DNA of 64,000 nucleotides, taken from NCBI GenBank assembly GCA_051942205.1, contig JAVECO010000107.1, positions 1 to 64,000 on the forward strand. The letters are read 5' to 3'. Made by a program: the position numbers and the translations under genes. The notes beneath the pieces were generated by a model. The model was not told where the DNA came from and did not search any database. It worked only from the letters and a program-made list of their open reading frames with translations. Source of the stretch: Coniocarpon cinnabarinum (taxonomy: Eukaryota). Shown piece by piece: positions 57,168 through 64,000 of this stretch. Positions within the stretch are counted from its first letter, which is position 1, and each line of letters opens with the position of its first letter.

Positions 57168-58372
57168 GAGCGCAATGTTAGCACTGCAAAGAAACAAGCA
57201 GAGTAGTAGTTAGACGGGCTTGGTGGAGTTTTGTGGCTGTCATGACCGCACACACACGAAGCGGTCGACGAGTGAGGCGCGCGCCGAGGAGGAACTTTTT
57301 TTTGTTATGTCGCCGTCCTGAATGACCCAGAGAAGCAGTCGAGATGCAGAATTAGAGGACCATTTTTGATCTTCGGAAGAGCGGGCGGGCCCCAGTCTTG
57401 GCAAGCGAGTCAGTCAAGGACTCCTACAGTTTTTAGCAGCGAGAGGTCTCGCAGCAAAGCACGTGCCGTGCTATGGTCCAGCGTCTCATAAGTTACGAGG
57501 GGGCTTTCGCGCGTGTGCCTCCAGCTTTGCAAACCGAAATGTCGCTGTCGTATAGGCTCGTCGTCTGGACTGAGATCCGGCAACGACTTTTGTTTGTGAC
57601 ACCGGTAGTTCCTCGGACGCAAGCAAAGCTGCGCCAGAAGACCCTGCGCCACTGACCGCTAGTATTCGTTTTCCGCCGGCCTTGCTATATGGAGTATCGA
57701 GCGTATAGCTAATCCCGACCTCCTCTCAGCGCCACACTTTCTCGATCTCTGGGATTTGGAACCGGTGACAGTCAAAGGGTCGCCAGGGAGCATGACCAAC
57801 AGCTTTCCGAAGTTATAGGAGCAAAGCGTCTGGCGCTGCCCTTCAATGCTGCACGGAGCTTCCCTGGCAGAAAAGGAAAAACCGAAGAGCCAGCCGGAGA
57901 GCCTTGGCATGTAGATCTCGAAGCCAAGCCGACGGAAAAGGCGTGAAAGGCTTCTTCACCTACCCTAGCCTTCCAACAGGCGCACGGGCCATACACACCA
58001 AATGTCACCTGCACGCACGTGTAATTATTTGTGGAGGTCAGGCACAAATCCACTCATCGCCGCGGATCGAAGCAGCCAAGCGCTTCGGACATTCCATTGG
58101 TGGGGGGCTCCTGCACAGTCACCTGCTATGTGGAACCCTCACCCTCACTGACTGCTACGCTGTCCTTCTGCTGAGCCGTATACATGGCTCTGCAATGTGC
58201 TGCCGGTATGCATTCGTGGTCTCGACACCACCATTCGTATATAATTCCGTGCCGAGAAACGCCCTCCAAATGCTGACTTCATCCACGTTCATGCTCTCGT
58301 GTTGATGCAGCCCGGCTGCTATCTATCCGTTTTCGTGGACATCCGCCAACTTACGGGCAGATCCGGCTCGCT

Positions 58373-59922
58373 TCAATCTTTCCAGCCCCATACCTCACGC
58401 AGGAACTTCTCCATCTTGACGTGTTTTTGCTTCATCTCAACCATCCAGGGATGGTCCATCATTCGCCATGGAGTCGCGCGCTTGATCCCCTCTTTTTCGA
58501 AGCTGGACAAATGTTAGTGATTGACGTAAGCACTGACGGAACCGAGGCCCCAAGGCACAGGCCAACGACTTACCAACACTCAATGAAATACTTGAAATTC
58601 TCCGTCCATTTCACGTTTTTCTCCGGCTCATCCTTGAGCTTTGGTATCGGCTGGCGGACAATGTACGTGAGCAGGTCGATCAAGCCAGCACGGGGCTGCA
58701 TCTCGGTGCCATCTGCGGGGAATGGGAACCGATGTTGAGCCACTTCGAGGAGGGTGACACCCAGTGACCATACGTCAGACGTAATAGTGTAAGACTGGCC
58801 GGTGATTCGCTCGGGCGCCATGTAGTACGATGTGCCGATGAATGTGTTCGCATCACCTTTGGTACCGAACTCTCCGCTGACACCGAAATCGCAAAGCTTG
58901 ATTTGTCCATCGCGACAAAACAGTATGTTGGATGGCTTGATATCGCGGTGGATGATTCGATGGCCATATAGATAGGTCAGGCCGCCCAGGACGCCTTCAG
59001 CGACTTTGCCAAGAACTTTCTCGCCCGTGCGGCCGCCCAGTTTTCTCACCTCCTTATAGATGCTGTCGAGGCTGCCCCCTTCGCAGAACTCCATGGCAAT
59101 GGAGATCGTGCCAGACACGTCTGTGTAAGCTCCAAAGTATTTGCAAATATGCTCTGAAGCGCAGTTCCGGTTGAACTCAAGTTCTCGAAGGATCTGTTTT
59201 CTGACGTCCGGACTGGGATCTGTGGTGATTACCTGCATTCGTGTTAAGATTAGCAACAGACGCGATCAGTCTACTTCGACTCAACGACTGACCTTCAATG
59301 CGAAGACGGTTTTACCACCCTCGAGTCTGCAGCGGGTCACGGCACCTCCAGCTCCTTCTCCTAACCCACCGAGCTCTTTGATCTTGTTCTCTTTACTGGC
59401 GGCTCTCCAGCCGTTCTCGTCCAGATCCTCAACATCTAGCGGTCTGCCTTTGTCGAGGCTCAATTTGTCGAGGTCTGGGAGCTCCAGGCCATCCACCTCG
59501 GAGTGTGCTGAGCTGACCGCGCTGAGCTGTTCACCACTTCTCGGTTGGCGGAGCTGCTGCGTTAACATGTTGACTGATGGCACGGCTGCGGCGACCTCGC
59601 CGGAGCTTCCTGACCTCGATGCCGCACTTGTCTCACTTGAGCCAGCAGTGGACATGGGAGCGACCTGCAGTGGAGGCAACACTGGCTGTGCTCTTCGACC
59701 TTCGCGAGGCGTAGCATTGCTTCCCATTGGTGTAGCTAGTCTGAGACTCGGCGGAGCAGGTTTCACCGGTCGTGGAGCTTCCGTCTCTTTGGTTTCCGTA
59801 TTGACTGGTCGGACACTGGGCGAAGGAGGGATTGCGAGTCCCAATTTCGGTGCCCTCGTGCCACTGTTGCTGCGACTACCACCAGGCACTGGCGGCCGCA
59901 GCAACGGTGCGGGCGAAGTCAT
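58373..59922 (-). CDS. MKK1: MAP kinase kinase of the cell-wall-integrity pathway
   Basis: [15 protein letters not shown]-terminus, [34 protein letters not shown]...[14 protein letters not shown], and last exon ...[12 protein letters not shown]...[10 protein letters not shown]. Confidence 0.95.
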
Positions 59923-61193
59923 GTTGCTCGCCGTGCCACCGCCGCTGGTCGGAAGCCGCCCGGAAGATTCGATCTTTGCACCGGGTTCCTCCGTAGGTTC
60001 CTCCGTAGTAGCTGCTATCCCTATTATTGAAGTACAATTGGCGAAAGGGGTGGTCAGATGTGATTCTGTCACTGATCAAAAGACACAAGTCGTGACAAGA
60101 CTTGACCTGAGTGGAAGTCTCAGAAATGATTTCTTGGGTTTGCGTAAGGAGGGGATCGTGGTGGGATAAACGGATGGTATGAGCCGCTTAGCCGAGGCGC
60201 CAAAGAAATGTAGAAGTAACGAAAGCTTTCAAGTGAAGCTAACGAGTGTTCTCAAAGTCGTGTCTGGCAGGTGGAATAGTACATGAAAACCTGAGGCAGG
60301 CGGATGGTGGAGAGATGAGGCGTCCAGGTGGAGTCGTGCCGTCTCTTACGCCGAGCCTTGTAAATCTGCGATCCGACGAAGGACCGGGGGTCTAAAAATT
60401 GTGCAGCTGATGCCTAAGTCTTCAGTTAGTTACGGATGGCGCTCGCCGTTGGGATGGAGAACGAAAGTGGACGAGGGGGTGATGTGACCGCCGTGGGCGA
60501 AGCTCGAGAAGAGTTGTCTCAGGTCCGCACGGACCCCAGGCGCATCCAGGGCCGGCAGTCAATATCGTGGCACATTCTTCCCCAGTTTTATCCCCTTCAG
60601 CACATTCCTCCCTCTCCAAGCATGAAAGCATCAAACGAGAGGAACCCTCACACTCTGACCCCGAGTCGATACTTCGCGCTCGCACACGGTGTCTGTCCGA
60701 CCAGCTGCTGGTACTTCACCGACAACATCCTGCTCGTAATTGCGACCCACCCAACAAGTTGTTGTTTGATCTGTGTACGCCTGCATCAAAAGCGTTTGTG
60801 GGCCTGCCCGTGAACGTGCAGATCCCTCTTACAGAACTCGTCAACAACAAGCAATTCGGCTTCGTCCGGAGCTTCATGCGAATTGACTCGTTGCTCAAAC
60901 ATCGTCATGCTTTCAGATAATATAATATAAGCAGTACCAACTTGCTCGGGCCTGCACTTCCAGACCACACCGATGGCTGGAGAAAGCCCGCGCTGAAAGC
61001 CCCAGGTCGCGGAAAGTTACATGTATCACCATTCACTCATTAACGCAAGGCGCTAAGCAACAATCAAAGTGTCTAAAGATCATTTATGATTCGTGTTTCC
61101 CCATAGCACCGAGATTTCAGGGCCTGGACACCTCTGGGGTTGACGTCTCGACAGCATGAACAGAGCCGGCAGCACAGTGACCGCCTGAATCGT

Positions 61194-62066
61194 TCACTCC
61201 GGTGTTGGCAGGCGTCGGCCTTTGTGTGCGACTGCAATATCCCCACGTTCTTCATTTATTGCTTGCGCCCACGACTTCAGCTGGGAGAAGAGGTTCACAA
61301 GAAACCCTTTGGGGTCTGCCGCAACATCTGAGACAATGATGTGAAATGTTGGGTTTTTGAAAATCTTTTCATCGTTTGAGCCTCGTCTCGATTGACCCCG
61401 CGCCTTATTTATTAATGCCTGAACGCTAGATCTGGTGTCTCGGACACGTCTGGTGATTTGCTGCGCTTTGACAACAAAGTCCTCATCTGCTGCTGCATTC
61501 TCTCGTGTCAGTGACCTCGCACCATCGAGCGTCTTTGCAAGAGTGCGGAGCATATCCTGGAGGATGCCTTCGGCTTGCAGCAAGGACTCATGAACATCAG
61601 GTCCTGGCGAAGGTAAGCCCGCTGAACCGTTATTTCTGGATCGTTTAAGCGATTGAGTAGATTGAGAATCAGGACTTCCCGGAGAGGTCAAGGTCGTAGA
61701 CCGCTCGGATGCCGGTGAGACAGGTTCCTCGTCAGAAAGAACGGCAGGGCTCAGCAGCTGAAAGGGATCTGGAGAAGGCATCGCCATGTCGGTCCGTATT
61801 CTTTTCGGTAACAAAGGCTTTGCCAATGGGGCAGGACGATTAGATTTGCTGTACTTGCGAGGCTGTGACCTTTGCGCAGGTGACCGGGGAGAAGTCCTGG
61901 GTGGCTCGAGAGATTTTGCCCACATAAACTCAGCTTGGCTCACACGCTCGGCCATGACCTTTAGGCTGTCTCGATATTTCTGGAGATCATTGATCTCTGG
62001 TGCCCAAGAGTCCGGCAGCCCATCTTGCGTGGAGGTGTCACGCACTAGAGTATCTATGTCTGACAT
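61194..62066 (-). CDS. Hypothetical protein (helical ends, S/P-rich middle)
   Basis: 290-aa ATG ORF with protein-like composition. No family recognised. Confidence 0.5.
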   Translation of the reverse strand: MSDIDTLVRDTSTQDGLPDSWAPEINDLQKYRDSLKVMAERVSQAEFMWAKSLEPPRTSPRSPAQRSQPRKYSKSNRPAPLAKPLLPKRIRTDMAMPSPDPFQLLSPAVLSDEEPVSPASERSTTLTSPGSPDSQSTQSLKRSRNNGSAGLPSPGPDVHESLLQAEGILQDMLRTLAKTLDGARSLTRENAAADEDFVVKAQQITRRVRDTRSSVQALINKARGQSRRGSNDEKIFKNPTFHIIVSDVAADPKGFLVNLFSQLKSWAQAINEERGDIAVAHKGRRLPTPE

Positions 62067-64000
62067 ACTGTCGCTCGATCAATGGAACACGCAAAGGCAA
62101 GTGTCCGTTACCCCTAGGAACAGCGCTGGGGTGAAGCAGTGTGAGCGGGTATCAAAATCAGCAACCTAGGGCGCAGGCAGAGGTTTAAATCCACAATGGG
62201 TACGAAGGCGCCGACAGACAAGGCAGAGAGTTTGCCAGGCCAAATATGGTGATGGTTACGATCCATGGCCAAATCTTACCACTTACTGCAAACGAGGGTT
62301 GGGAGAGGGCGTCGTATCCTGTCCTCGGGTGCCTCGCCGTGAGACTGTGGACTAGCTTACTCGGCGAGTGATGGATGGCGATCCTACGTACTACCCAAGG
62401 GAGCAAGCGGATCTGGACCCAACGGCAGTCTTCGGGTTGCCCACGTCGCAAAATGGGACAATAGAAGAAAAGAGTTCAGCGAGCGCTTGTCGGTGCGGCG
62501 TACCGATGATGCACAGACCGCGAAGCCGCATCACCGATACGCCCAGGAAGAGGCATCTTGGAATCCGTCCACTTTCCCGTTCAGTACATGAATGCGAGGC
62601 CTCGGAGCTGGCCTGCGTGAGATCGTACGAACATTGCTGCATGAGGTGATCCGTGTGACCTACCTCGTGGCACTTCGCCTCGCATCAAAGTAACGGTCGC
62701 GTGTGCCAGCTGCGATCGACCATCAAAAGCTGACTACGCGGTCCGCTTCCTTCCCCAAGACAACTTTAGGGCCAGAGAAGGCAAACGACCTGGGACGGCA
62801 AGGGGTCTAATGCCGGCACTTTGCGAGCTAGCAAGGTCGGAAGAGGATGACAGCTAGAGCCGGAAACAGTCCGTCTGAAACTGGTCCTCCTCGTCAGTCT
62901 GAAGGATTTGCGAGCGCGCCGTGCAGCCTGCGTGTAAGTTGTGTGCAGACACGGGCCTGCTGCCGCTACGATTCAGGCTACCGGTGATGCTGTCGACGTG
63001 CATGCGCGCGCCCTCGGCTCTTTTGCATCCACAAGCTACGCTTCGTATCCGGAGCTTGGTTCCGTCAGACGCCGGTCAAGGCCCATTGGACACAATCCGA
63101 GCATTCTCTTCTTTGGGAGATTATCGCACTTCTGTGTCCCCCACATTTGAGCCAACGCGCGATCATCCTGTACTGGTCGCTTGGCTCCAAGGTCTGGCAC
63201 ACGTGAACCAAGTCGACCTTGCAAGCTCAGTCAAAACCTCCGAAGCTTTAACCACCGTTGACACCCACTTTGAGCAGCGACTGTTGGTTGCCATGGCTAA
63301 AGCGACCCAGGGTCGCTTGAGTTTGGCGCACTCCACCACATCTGGTGATTGCTTCTCCAGTGATTTAGTGATTGAGGTCGCGCAGATTTCGAGTCATTCG
63401 TCCCTCAAAAAAGTGTGCACATATCGTCAAGTATGTACCGCAGATCGACGGCCGTGGAATCTCATTGCCGTGATCTTCCTCCAAGATAAGTACTTGCCGG
63501 ACCAAAATTAAGCATCTCGAAAGGCGCAAAAGGGCTTTCGCTTGTGATCCAAATTACCCTGATCGCATAAGCTCGCCGCCTAGACCGAGATGCGGCAACG
63601 GCATTTATCCACGATCGTTGCTGCGCGTCGAAGCTCTACATCCTTTGGCGCGTTCACGCATAATCAGTTGTGTGGGTTGAGCTCTCAGCGCGCTGCACAC
63701 ACGATACATGCTTGGCAAGGTGCATGGTCGCAGAGGTTCTCGGATAACAATCACACAATGAAATTAGCGCTGTTATCTGAGACAAGTTGTAACAAAGTGT
63801 GAAGCTTGTCATCTTCAACGATCGGCTCGTCTTTCCCACACTGCTAATCTTTTTCAGACATGCGACAGTATGCGCACGCGTCAGCAGTAATAAGTGTGCC
63901 ACCTTGTTCTTGTTATGGAGACTAAAACACGGGATAAGGTCAGCGTGACAAGCTTTGTGACAGGCTGTCAGCATACCACAAGCAATATCATCAGCGCGCA

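Noticed and set aside
60436..60920. Overlapping ORFs upstream of MKK1
   Set aside because: Short, with no recognisable motif or clean gene model.
62368..63974. ORFs at the right end, including the 196-aa ORF 62921-63511
   Set aside because: Non-ATG starts and no family features; coding status cannot be supported.

Overview
Gene-dense, intron-containing eukaryotic DNA from a filamentous ascomycete (Pezizomycotina-type GT-AG introns with CTRAC/CTAAT branch points). Most of the window is conserved housekeeping genes: gaaC-type aldolase, Vam7, F-box protein, RBR E3 ligase, two Zn2Cys6 factors, EB1/Bim1, Rab5/Vps21, RPS7, Nudix hydrolase, C2H2 protein, cytochrome b561-like protein, Dbp8, F-box/LRR protein, Urh1, TeaR, RPS12, Aim18, glutaredoxin, Gid4/Vid24 and Mkk1. 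No rRNA, tRNA, CRISPR array or recognisable transposon was seen. The standout is a ~6.6 kb island (43.2-49.7 kb) between glutaredoxin and Gid4 that the ORF track fragments. Manual splicing shows a minus-strand tandem array of four diverged paralogs of a small gene family I do not recognise: N-terminal C2H2-like (H-x5-H) zinc finger(s), a polyQ tract, a His-rich helical core and an acidic tail. Two copies look intact (one needs a GC-AG intron), one has a 1-nt frameshift in a homopolymer, and one is a stop-riddled pseudogene. The copies share a phase-2 intron position and non-coding flank blocks. A second notable item is a probable GUG-initiated mitochondrial presequence on glutaredoxin. All exon models are manual reads, and no database searches were run.
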